A DNA stretch of 64,000 bases. Source: Gammaproteobacteria bacterium (GTDB lineage: Bacteria > Pseudomonadota > Gammaproteobacteria > G965277405). The notes below the pieces were generated by a model. It was not told the DNA's origin, did no database searches, and was given only the letters and a program-made list of their open reading frames with translations. The stretch lies in NCBI GenBank assembly GCA_965277405.1, contig OZ255726.1, positions 1,792,001-1,856,000 on the forward strand, read 5' to 3'. The position numbers were made by a program, and so were the translations under genes. Below are positions 41,831 through 50,896 of this stretch, piece after piece. How positions within the stretch are numbered: the first letter of the stretch is position 1; each line of letters starts with the position of its first letter.

Positions 41831-42757
41831 ATGAACATCTACACACAACAATCACTATTTAAGCGCATGGTTTACGTGCGTCAGCAACGTTATCCGTATC
41901 CGCTCACAAGTGTGTTGCCAGGAATGTCTGTGGTATTGCTGAGTATTGTCTTGCTCGCCGCAACCCTGACTGCCCATGCAGCAACGCCACAGCGGGTTGT
42001 TAGCATTAGCAGTGCCGTCACCGAAATAATCTATGATCTTGGCAAGCAAGATACCCTCGTCGCTAACGACACCACCAGCTATTACCCTGCTGCTGCAGCG
42101 CAACTCCCCAAAGTTGGATATATGCGGGCACTTTCTGCCGAAGGTATTCTTTCACTTAGCCCAGATTTAGTCATTCTTACCAATGAGTCAGGACCACCAA
42201 CAGTATTACACCAACTCAGCAATGCTGGTGTTGAACTACTCGTGCTGCAAGAACGCCACACCATCGCAAGCATTGTCGATAAAATAGCGCGTATTGCTGC
42301 TGCCCTCGGTGTTCCTGCCAAAGGTAATGCCCTCATTCACCGTATTCATCAGCAACATGCAGCACTTAAAAAAAGTGTCGCAAACACAGACAATATGCCA
42401 AAAGTACTGTTTATAATGCAAAATAGCGCCATACCGCTGGTCGCAGGCAGCAACACAGCAGCAGATAGTATTATTCGGCTATCAGGCGCGACAAACTCCG
42501 TGGCTACATTTAGCGGCTATAAACCACTCACTCCAGAAGCAGCCATTGTGTATGCCCCTGATATTTTATTATTTACCACGCGAGGATTAACGCAGGCAGG
42601 TGGGAGACAAGGAGTGCTCAACATACCCGGCCTAGCACTCACCCCAGCTGGAAAAAATAAACGTATTATCGCGATGGACTCGATGCTGATGCTGGGTTTT
42701 GGTCCGCGTACTGCTGCAGCTGCTACCCAATTATTATCAGCATATGCAACGCCATAA
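41831..42757 (+). CDS. hmuT: hemin ABC transporter substrate-binding protein (start probably later)
   Basis: RVVSI..AVTEIIY, DTTSYYP, VGYMRALSAEG (heme Tyr), GFGPR. Confidence 0.88.
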   Translation: MNIYTQQSLFKRMVYVRQQRYPYPLTSVLPGMSVVLLSIVLLAATLTAHAATPQRVVSISSAVTEIIYDLGKQDTLVANDTTSYYPAAAAQLPKVGYMRALSAEGILSLSPDLVILTNESGPPTVLHQLSNAGVELLVLQERHTIASIVDKIARIAAALGVPAKGNALIHRIHQQHAALKKSVANTDNMPKVLFIMQNSAIPLVAGSNTAADSIIRLSGATNSVATFSGYKPLTPEAAIVYAPDILLFTTRGLTQAGGRQGVLNIPGLALTPAGKNKRIIAMDSMLMLGFGPRTAAAATQLLSAYATP

Positions 42758-42798
42758 TATATTCTAAAATAACTGCAATCGTTGTCAAGATCGTACCC

Positions 42799-43791
42799 AT
42801 GCGCGTTTCGGTGCTCCCACTGCTCGCAATTACCTTATTATTGGTGTTAATCATTGCAGTTGCCATTGGCGCTGTAAAGATTCCCTTACTATCCTTGCTG
42901 CTCGGTGACATAACGACGCAGCAACAGGCAGTGTTGTTGTCTATTCGCTTGCCGCGGGTATTGCTTGCTGCCATTGTGGGGGTAGGCTTGGCAACTTCTG
43001 GCGCAGCTATGCAAGGTTTGTTTCGCAATCCATTAGCAGATCCTGGCTTATTTGGAATTTCATCAAGCGCAGCATTGGCTGTGGCGATTATGATTGTGAT
43101 TGTCCCTCCCGCAGCAGGAGCGTTGAGCCTATACAGTTTGAGTGCCGCAGCTTTCACGGGAGGGATGCTCTCAAGCGGCATTGTATTTACGATTGCACGG
43201 TTAACAGGTGCCTTTTCTGTTATTTACTTATTACTTGCTGGGATTGCGATTAGCGCGCTAACAGGTGCTGCCACTGGCTTTTTGATGTATATCAGCAATG
43301 ACCAACAGCTCCGCGCCCTGACCTTTTGGACTATGGGCAGTGTTGGCAATGCTCTGTGGCCTGCAGTGTTAGTTTGCGCTACAATCGTGATTCCCACATT
43401 ATTTATACTCATCCGCAATGCTCAAGCGCTCAACATATTGCTGCTAGGTGAACAGGAGGCGCAACATTTAGGCATTGATACCAAAAAACTCAAACGTATC
43501 ATCATTATCTGCGTAGCACTTGCTGTTGGTGCTGCTGTTGCTGTGAGTGGTATCATTGGCTTCGTCGGCTTGGTCGTCCCGCATATCATTCGCCTTTGCC
43601 TAGGACCAGATCACCGCCTGCTGCTGCCAGCAGCTGCAATGCTTGGCGCTATTTTGCTTATTGTTGCAGACACTTTTGCCAGAACAGTCGTTTCACCAGC
43701 CGAGATGCCAGTTGGAATTATTACCAGTTTGATTGGTGGACCATGCCTGCTATGGATGCTCATCAAGCAATATTCAGCTAGATTTAGCTAA
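42799..43791 (+). CDS. hmuU: hemin ABC transporter permease (FecCD family)
   Basis: IRLPR, QGLFRNPLADP, GIIGFVGLVVPH. Confidence 0.88.
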   Translation: MRVSVLPLLAITLLLVLIIAVAIGAVKIPLLSLLLGDITTQQQAVLLSIRLPRVLLAAIVGVGLATSGAAMQGLFRNPLADPGLFGISSSAALAVAIMIVIVPPAAGALSLYSLSAAAFTGGMLSSGIVFTIARLTGAFSVIYLLLAGIAISALTGAATGFLMYISNDQQLRALTFWTMGSVGNALWPAVLVCATIVIPTLFILIRNAQALNILLLGEQEAQHLGIDTKKLKRIIIICVALAVGAAVAVSGIIGFVGLVVPHIIRLCLGPDHRLLLPAAAMLGAILLIVADTFARTVVSPAEMPVGIITSLIGGPCLLWMLIKQYSARFS

Positions 43792-44543
43792 TGATTCAAG
43801 CACGCAAACTCAACTATGCTGTTGGCAATACCATTATCCTTCGTGATGTCAGCGCCACGATAGCCGCTGGTGTAATTACCGCGATAATTGGTCCAAATGG
43901 AGCTGGAAAATCAACCCTACTCCAGTGTCTTACAGGTACGCTCCAACCTGATAGCGGCAGTGTTACGTTGGATGATATACCAATCACCAAGTATTCACTA
44001 GGCGAGCTTGCACAAAAAAGAGCGGTGCTGGCTCAATCAACAGCCATCAGCTTTCCATTCACTGCGCAAGAAATAGTGCGCATGGGGCGCCACCCATACG
44101 GCACAGCCACCACTGCCAGCGCTGATGACATTATCCAACAAGCGATGGCAAGTGTTGAGGTATTGCATCTTAAAACCCGCATTTTTCCAACGCTATCTGG
44201 CGGGGAGCAGCAACGTGTCCAGCTAGCACGAGTACTTGCTCAGCTTTGGGGACAGCAGTATGCATGTTTGTTTCTTGACGAACCTACCGCAGCGCTTGAT
44301 TTGAAGCATCAACACCAACTATGCAATATTGCCCAGCATACAGCCAGCAACCACCATGCTGTTTGCATCATCATGCACGATATTCATCTGGCGCTGCGAT
44401 ATGCAGATGTGGTTATATTGCTAAAAGAAGGTCAGGTTATCGATGCAGGTGCAACGAGCAACACCCTGACAGCACAAGCAATCGCCGAGGTGTTTACCGT
44501 ACCGACTGCCATTGCCCATAGCTATGTGCAACATGCCAATTAG
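43791..44543 (+). CDS. hmuV: hemin ABC transporter ATP-binding protein
   Basis: GPNGAGKST, LSGGEQQRVQLARVLAQLW, LDEPT. Confidence 0.9.
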   Translation: MIQARKLNYAVGNTIILRDVSATIAAGVITAIIGPNGAGKSTLLQCLTGTLQPDSGSVTLDDIPITKYSLGELAQKRAVLAQSTAISFPFTAQEIVRMGRHPYGTATTASADDIIQQAMASVEVLHLKTRIFPTLSGGEQQRVQLARVLAQLWGQQYACLFLDEPTAALDLKHQHQLCNIAQHTASNHHAVCIIMHDIHLALRYADVVILLKEGQVIDAGATSNTLTAQAIAEVFTVPTAIAHSYVQHAN

Positions 44544-44646
44544 ACGATATCAGCCATTTAAATCCACCAATAATGGTGTGGGCGAGTTTTGTTGATAGAA
44601 AATTTAAGCAACCTTGTAAGCGACAGCGACTTAATCAGCGCTTCCA

Positions 44647-44691
44647 TTAGCATAGTTAGCATAGTTAGCATAGTTAGCATAGTTAGCATAG
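44647..44691. repeat. 9-bp tandem repeat x5 upstream of the R-M gene
   Basis: TTAGCATAG x5 directly after a solo TIR (44628-44645). Confidence 0.95.
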
Positions 44692-44749
44692 ATAGAATGT
44701 CGCCCTAGCAATTAACATCCGCCGCATTAACAGACGATATACGCATACA

Positions 44750-46834
44750 ATGACAAATACGCTACAGCCAAGTAACACAAATATCATGCAGACAATGCTC
44801 AAAGACAGCAATTATCATCTTGGTTTATTTGCAAACGAGGAAATTACCTCGCTAAGCGCACAGGTTTTTTCTAAAATGATTCGCGGCAAAGCAACGCCCT
44901 TTGTGCGCTGTATCGTGCGGGACAAGGACATCCAGCTTAAGCCCGAGGAAATTGTGCGGCAGCTGTATGCAGCAAGATTGATTCATGGCTATGGCTACCC
45001 CAAACAACGCCTTGCTTTTGAATATGCGGTAAATTTTGGGCGAGAAAAAAAGAGTGCTGATATTATTATTTTCGACAAAGACCGCGTTGATACCGCCTAT
45101 ATTGTGATTGAGCTTAAAAAGCCCAAACTCAAAGACGGCAAAAACCAACTGCGCTCGTATTGCAATGCCACTGGTGCGCCGATTGGTGTTTGGAGCAACG
45201 GTGAACAAATCTCTCACTATCACCGCAAAGACCCGAATTATTTTGAAGACATTAGCGATATACCCAAGGCGAGCCAAAGCCTCAAGGATATTCTAAGCGA
45301 GCGTTTCACCCTCAAAAACCTGCTGATCAATGATAAAATCGCCAATGAGCGCAAGTCGCTAAAAGACATTATTCTGGAAATGGAAGACGAAGTGCTGGCA
45401 AATGCGGGGGTTGATGTGTTTGAAGAGGTGTTCAAGCTCATTTTTACCAAACTGTATGACGAATTTTGCAGCAAGAAAGACAAAGGAATTATTGAACATT
45501 ATCTTGACCAGAATTTAGCCGATGAGGAGAGAGGCGATTTTGACAAACTCAAGGAAACCCTGCGCAAGGTGCATGATAACAAATTCCGCGTGATGGAATT
45601 TAGAAACAGCGGGCAGACCGATAGCGAGCTTAACAACAAAATTCAGACGCTGTTTGACAACGCCAAAAGCCAATGGTCAGGCGTTTTTCCCGAAGGCTCA
45701 GCCTTTGAATTATCTGACAGTCACTTGGCGGTGTGTATTTCCAGCTTGCAGGATGTAAAGCTGTTCAATTCAAATTTGCTCGTCGTTGATGAAGCCTTTG
45801 AATATCTGGTCAATAAATCAGCCAAAGGCGAAAAGGGGCAATATTTCACCCCGCGGCATGTGATTGATATGTGCGTGCAGATGCTCAACCCCAAGCGGGG
45901 CGAGTATATGATCGATACGGCATCTGGCAGTTGCGGGTTTCCCGTGCATACCATGTTCAAACTGACAGGGCATCTGTTTACTAATGCTGAAATTCCCGAA
46001 GAAGACAAACAGCATATCCTCAAAATTTTTGGTATCGACTTTGACGAAAAAACCGTGCGCGTTGCCAGAACCCTCAACTTGATTGCAGGGGATGGTGAAA
46101 CCAATGTTTTACACCTCAATACGCTAGACTATGAGCGCTGGAGCGATAAAACCGCAAAAGACCCGAAATGGATAAATACCTACGGCAAGGGCTTTGAGCG
46201 CTTAAAAGCTCTTAGAAGCGATAAAGGCAGTGATAAACGCTTTAATTTTGATGTGCTGATGGCTAACCCACCGTTTGCTGGGGATATCAAGGAAAGCCGC
46301 TTGCTCCACCAGTACGAGTTTGGCTTTAAGGCTGGTGGTAAGAAGGCGCAAAGCCAGGTTGGACGCGATATTTTGTTTATCGAGCGTAATCTTGATTTTT
46401 TGAAGGCAGGTGGGCGTATGGCGATTGTGTTGCCGCAGGGACGCTTTAACAACACCTCGGATAAGCATATTCGTGACTTTATCGCCGAGCAAGGGCGTAT
46501 CCTGGCTGTAGTCGGGTTGCATGGCAACACCTTTAAACCGCATACCGGCACCAAAACCAGCGTGTTATTCGTGCAGAAATGGCACGATGAACTTTGCCCC
46601 AAGGTCGAAGATTACCCGATCTTTTTTGCAGTATCTGAAAAAGCCGGCAAGAATAATTCAGGTGATTATGTGTATGTCAACAACGGCAACGGTCAATATA
46701 AACTCGATAACAACGGCCACCTGATCGTTAACCATGACCTGCATAACCACGATGGCATGCTGAAAAACGGCATCGCGGAAGGCTTTATTGAGTGGGCAAA
46801 AGCGCAAAACTTCTCCTTTTGGTCGGAGGGGTAG
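44750..46834 (+). CDS. fused restriction endonuclease / N6-adenine methyltransferase (Type IIG/IIB-like)
   Basis: N-terminal PEEIVRQ...ADI...IELK PD-(D/E)xK-like nuclease; GQYFTPR, IDTASGSCGF (motif I), NPPF (motif IV). Confidence 0.85.
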   Translation: MTNTLQPSNTNIMQTMLKDSNYHLGLFANEEITSLSAQVFSKMIRGKATPFVRCIVRDKDIQLKPEEIVRQLYAARLIHGYGYPKQRLAFEYAVNFGREKKSADIIIFDKDRVDTAYIVIELKKPKLKDGKNQLRSYCNATGAPIGVWSNGEQISHYHRKDPNYFEDISDIPKASQSLKDILSERFTLKNLLINDKIANERKSLKDIILEMEDEVLANAGVDVFEEVFKLIFTKLYDEFCSKKDKGIIEHYLDQNLADEERGDFDKLKETLRKVHDNKFRVMEFRNSGQTDSELNNKIQTLFDNAKSQWSGVFPEGSAFELSDSHLAVCISSLQDVKLFNSNLLVVDEAFEYLVNKSAKGEKGQYFTPRHVIDMCVQMLNPKRGEYMIDTASGSCGFPVHTMFKLTGHLFTNAEIPEEDKQHILKIFGIDFDEKTVRVARTLNLIAGDGETNVLHLNTLDYERWSDKTAKDPKWINTYGKGFERLKALRSDKGSDKRFNFDVLMANPPFAGDIKESRLLHQYEFGFKAGGKKAQSQVGRDILFIERNLDFLKAGGRMAIVLPQGRFNNTSDKHIRDFIAEQGRILAVVGLHGNTFKPHTGTKTSVLFVQKWHDELCPKVEDYPIFFAVSEKAGKNNSGDYVYVNNGNGQYKLDNNGHLIVNHDLHNHDGMLKNGIAEGFIEWAKAQNFSFWSEG

Positions 46835-46836
46835 GG

Positions 46837-48221
46837 GTGCAGGTTTCAATCCTTTGGAAGAGCGAATTAGAAAATGAATTTACGATTGGGGCTGAATTTT
46901 ACCACCCATATTATGTAAAGAAAGTGGATGACATAAAGGGCAAGAATAATGTGCAAATGTTAGGAGATATGTGTGAATTAATTACTGATGGTGACCATAG
47001 CACAAACAATATATCGATTACGGCGTTTTATACCTTTTGAGCGAATCAGTAAAAGAAGGCTATATAGATAAAAATATATGTAGATATATTTCTACAAAAT
47101 TACACAGCCAACTTAGCCGATCAAAATTAGAGCCAAGAAATGTAGTTCTGACAAAAACAGGTGTTTATTTCGGTAAAAGTGCAGTGGTACCAGATAATTT
47201 CCCTATCGCTAATACCAGTGCTCATGTGGGTAAATTTGTAGTAAAAGAAGATATTATCAACCCATACTATCTATCAACTTTCTTTAATTGCGAGTATGGC
47301 TATTCCCAACTTAGAAGACGAGGCACTAAAGCATCTCGCCCAGAGATCAAATTAATAGAGTTTAATGATATAAGAATTTTTGTTGCAGAAATAACTTTTC
47401 AAACAAAAATTGAGCAATTAGTTAAGAAAGCTGTTTTGTTATTATCATCATCGAGAGAAGCTTTTTCTAAAGCTCATAACCTCCTACTTACCGAGCTAGG
47501 GTTAAACGACTGGCAACCCAAACACCAGCTTACATTTATCAGGAATTATTCCGCTACCGTTGCAGCTGGTAGAATTGATGCGGAATATTTCCAGCCCAAA
47601 TATGACGAAATTATCAACGCTATCAAAGCCTATACGGGCGGCTACTCCACCATTAGTAAGGAGTTTAGGCAAAACAAATCTACATTCGAGACCGATAATG
47701 AAAAGCTATATAAGTATGTGGAAATTGGTAGCATTAATGTATCGAACGGAGAAGTTACACCTAGGGAAGTTTTAGGAGCTAACTTACCTGCAAACGCTAA
47801 AAGAACCTTGAATAAGAATGATATTATCGTTTCAAAAGTCAGGACATACAGAGGGGCAATTACCATAGTTGAAAAAGATGGTTATGTGGGCAGTGGGGCA
47901 TTTACAGCCTTAACAGAAGGTGGAAGAGTAAATAAAGAAACCTTGCTCGCCTTCCTTCACTCAAAGCCTCTTTTATATTGGTCACTTAAACCAAATACTG
48001 GTACATCATATCCAGTTATAGTTGATGACGATATTCTAAATCTATCTATCCCGATTTTACCCCAAGCCCAGCAACTGCAAATCCAGCAACAAGTCACCGA
48101 ATCGTACGCGCTACGCAAACAATCCAAGCAGCTGTTGGAAAATGCCAAACACGCGGTTGAAATCGCGATTGAGCAAAATGAAAGCCAAGCCATCGAGTGG
48201 TTAGCTGCTCAATTGGTATAA
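46837..48221 (+). pseudogene. HsdS-like specificity subunit with a frameshift near 47005
   Basis: GTG start frame (..ITDGDHST) continues in another frame as QYIDYGVLYLLSESVK; two TRD-like halves (GAEFY / RIDAEYFQPKY). Confidence 0.8.
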
Positions 48222-48382
48222 TTTAAATGAGCGACTAATTTTGTTATGTAAATTTTGTTATGTAATAGCCGCGCAGCAACATTTTAGTGTTATGTCGAAC
48301 TTGGCACAAGACATTGCTCTCAGAGGTACCTTAAGACCACAGACAGTATCCTTGCCTTGGTGCATCAATATTTTGATGACGA

Positions 48383-48947
48383 TTAACGCCTTAAACGGTC
48401 GTACACTTGGTGGTCGCCTACATCAATTAACGCGTAATGATCTTTTGTAACTAATTTTAGTACAATGCGGCAATCTAAAGATGCACGGATAGAATAATAA
48501 TCTGCGGGTTTATCAAGGAAGCTCTGATTAAGTCGCTGACGGAGCGAGTTTGCCTGCAATTGCTGATGATTGCAAGGCGCAAACCGCTAAGCGCATGCCG
48601 TAGCATATACGCCAAGGGATGTAACACAGCAAGTACCGCTTGTAGGCAAACCATCATATATTCAATAGAAGGCCGGGAAAAAACGCTGCGCTAACGTCGT
48701 TGCAGCACTTGATAATACCACCAGTATTATCTGCGCACTGCGTCTAGTTATCATCAGCGTTTTTCTCCGTCTCGCCCATCATGGACTTAATCAGAGCTTC
48801 CCTAACAATCAGTTGTTTAAAGCGCAAGGCGGGATAGTCAGGTGTTTCAATAAATCGATGTAAGCTATCAGCAATTTTTTTTTGTTGTTGTTGGGACAGT
48901 TTTTTTAATCGTTTTAAAAAGCCGCTTGATGGCGACAACTTAATCAC
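48383..48947 (-). pseudogene. RelE/ParE-superfamily toxin interrupted by a MITE
   Basis: Removing the MITE plus one 4-nt flank restores ~91 aa: MIKLSPSSGFLKRLKKL...PALRFKQLI..KPADYYSIRASLDCRIVLKL..HYALIDVGDHQVYDRLRR. Confidence 0.8.
48517..48801 (-). mobile_element. MITE copy, 285 bp, reverse orientation
   Basis: GGAAGCTCTGATTAAGTC ... GACTTAATCAGAGCTTCC; flanks TCAA / CTAA. Confidence 0.93.
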
Positions 48948-49495
48948 GCTAACAGTGCTTTTAACAACTGTTGTGGTGTCTCAACCTGCGTCGGTGTCAG
49001 CATTGGCAGCAAGGCTTTATCTGTTGATTTGGCGTAATGATGCCCAAGGGCGCGCAAATTGTCAGTTACATCAATACACGCATCAATCTGGCTGGTGGCT
49101 ATTTTAAAGAAGCGCAGTCCCGTCTGCTGAATGTGGTTAGCTTGTTGACGCGAAATACTCCTAGCTTGTTTTTCTAGGCGCTTAAAGTGTCTGCGCAGAA
49201 TATCAGCTACCTCGCAATCTTCAGCAATAAGTTCATCAAAGTAATCGAGCATTTGTTGGATAGTCTCCCTGCATTGGTGAGCAGAGTAATGGCTTAAGGT
49301 ATCTTCAATGGATCGAATCACTATGTCGCGCTCTTTAGACCAATATAAATATCGACTTTCCGCTTCTTCTAATATGAGGTTTAGCTGTTGATCAGCGCAA
49401 GATAGTATGTGGGTTTGGTTGGCTTGCACAGACGCAAACAAGCCAGCTGGGCTGGCAGCAGCATGTAAAGAGGTGATGTGATGTAATGCTTCCAT
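48944..49495 (-). CDS. hypothetical protein, candidate antitoxin
   Basis: Stop overlaps toxin GTG start (GTGA); helical; C-terminal VETPQQLLKALLA. Confidence 0.55.
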   Translation of the reverse strand: MEALHHITSLHAAASPAGLFASVQANQTHILSCADQQLNLILEEAESRYLYWSKERDIVIRSIEDTLSHYSAHQCRETIQQMLDYFDELIAEDCEVADILRRHFKRLEKQARSISRQQANHIQQTGLRFFKIATSQIDACIDVTDNLRALGHHYAKSTDKALLPMLTPTQVETPQQLLKALLA

Positions 49496-49596
49496 AGGGA
49501 TTAGTTTATCAGGCTTACATTAATAATTGAATAGGTGCCTGCTGTAATCTGAGTTGTTATAGTTAGCTGCGTTGTTGCATAAAATGTTGTTGTTGG

Positions 49597-49714
49597 GGAT
49601 CCTCTGCTTAAGGCAACGGCTGCGGGAAAAGACCAAATACGTAAGTCGCAGCTGCAGGTTTGGCTGTGCGCCAAGTCGTTGCTGCGCTCAATCACACCTT
49701 AATTCATCGCTTGC
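49597..49714 (-). mobile_element. highly degenerate MITE remnant
   Basis: GGATCCTCTGCTTAAG ... GTCGTTGCTGCGCT ... CTTAATTCATCGCTTGC. Confidence 0.45.
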
Positions 49715-49726
49715 AATGCTACTGAG

Positions 49727-50896
49727 CTATCCCAACGCGTTTTTAGCTATGATGGTGCGCAGCTTAGGGATAGTATTCAGGAGTCCGATTGCCCGACTTG
49801 TTTGACTGCGCAGTGGTGATGAGAGGATGCCAAGCAGCATTGCTGCGGCAAGCCGTTTACTTGCACGGTCGGCAAATACTTGCTGTTGCAACTGGTGTAA
49901 TGCTGGCCATAATTCATTATTGGTGGTGCCGCCAGCATAGCGGCTAAACGCTGCAACGTGTTGCAGAGCCATGTTGATCCCTTGTGCTGCCAATGGATGA
50001 ACACTTTGCGCTGCATTGCCAAAAACCGCAATATGTCGACGGACCACTTCACGGGCAATAACGCGTTGCAATGGCCAGCGCGCCAGTGGGGTGAGCATCG
50101 TGGCTATCTGCCATCCTTGACCACTGCCAATGGCGTTGAGCGCAGCTGGTTTAAGTGGTTGCTGTTGGGTTAGTTGGATTATCCCTGCTTGCGGCTTGTT
50201 GTCTAGGTCTGGCAACGGCACTAATACGACAGTAACGGCATCGGCAATTAATTGAAACGCAGCGCTGTGGTGTGGTTGCAGCAATTGTACCCGGCCGGCG
50301 TACGCTGTTTCTAAGTATGGTGAGGATTCGTATTGAATACCTAATAGCCCTGCAGTTGCCGAATGACTGCCGTCGCAGATGCATAATAAATTGGTGTGTA
50401 CTGTGGTGTTGTCGCTGAGTGTGAGTTCGACACCGTCGCTGCGCGGTGTGATTTTGCTGGTTGTTGTTGCACTGAAAACAGTTGTACGCGCTTGACAGTT
50501 TGTTATCCAGCGCTTGGTAATTGCTTGGGCAAATTGAATATTGACGACGGTTGCGCCAAATTTGTCGAGCATGCATTCCTCGCTGGTAACGCGGTATCGT
50601 TGAATATCTGCGGCATTTTGTCCGCAGACGTTGATCGCGGTAATCGGTTGTGCATACGCAAGGTCAATATCTTGCCCAGCCAATACAGCCAGCGTTGCTG
50701 TGTTGAGGACAAATGTACGTTGGTCAAAGCTGGTTTTTTCAACAGCAATACCATTTTGAACATTGGCAAGACGTTGTTGCATGTCCGCGGCATCAATAAG
50801 CGCAAATGAGTAGTTGGGGAATTGCCTGCTGAGGCTGATTGCCGTAAATAAACCAACAGGTCCTGCACCGATGATAACACAATCAAATTCTTGCAT
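49727..50896 (-). CDS. UbiH/UbiF-family FAD-dependent monooxygenase
   Basis: IIGAGPVGL, CDGSHS, GNAAQSVHPLAAQGINMAL. Confidence 0.85.
   Translation of the reverse strand: MQEFDCVIIGAGPVGLFTAISLSRQFPNYSFALIDAADMQQRLANVQNGIAVEKTSFDQRTFVLNTATLAVLAGQDIDLAYAQPITAINVCGQNAADIQRYRVTSEECMLDKFGATVVNIQFAQAITKRWITNCQARTTVFSATTTSKITPRSDGVELTLSDNTTVHTNLLCICDGSHSATAGLLGIQYESSPYLETAYAGRVQLLQPHHSAAFQLIADAVTVVLVPLPDLDNKPQAGIIQLTQQQPLKPAALNAIGSGQGWQIATMLTPLARWPLQRVIAREVVRRHIAVFGNAAQSVHPLAAQGINMALQHVAAFSRYAGGTTNNELWPALHQLQQQVFADRASKRLAAAMLLGILSSPLRSQTSRAIGLLNTIPKLRTIIAKNALG

Noticed and set aside
44647-44691. TTAGCATAG x5 as CRISPR or iteron
   Set aside because: No spacers and no rep gene; a simple VNTR
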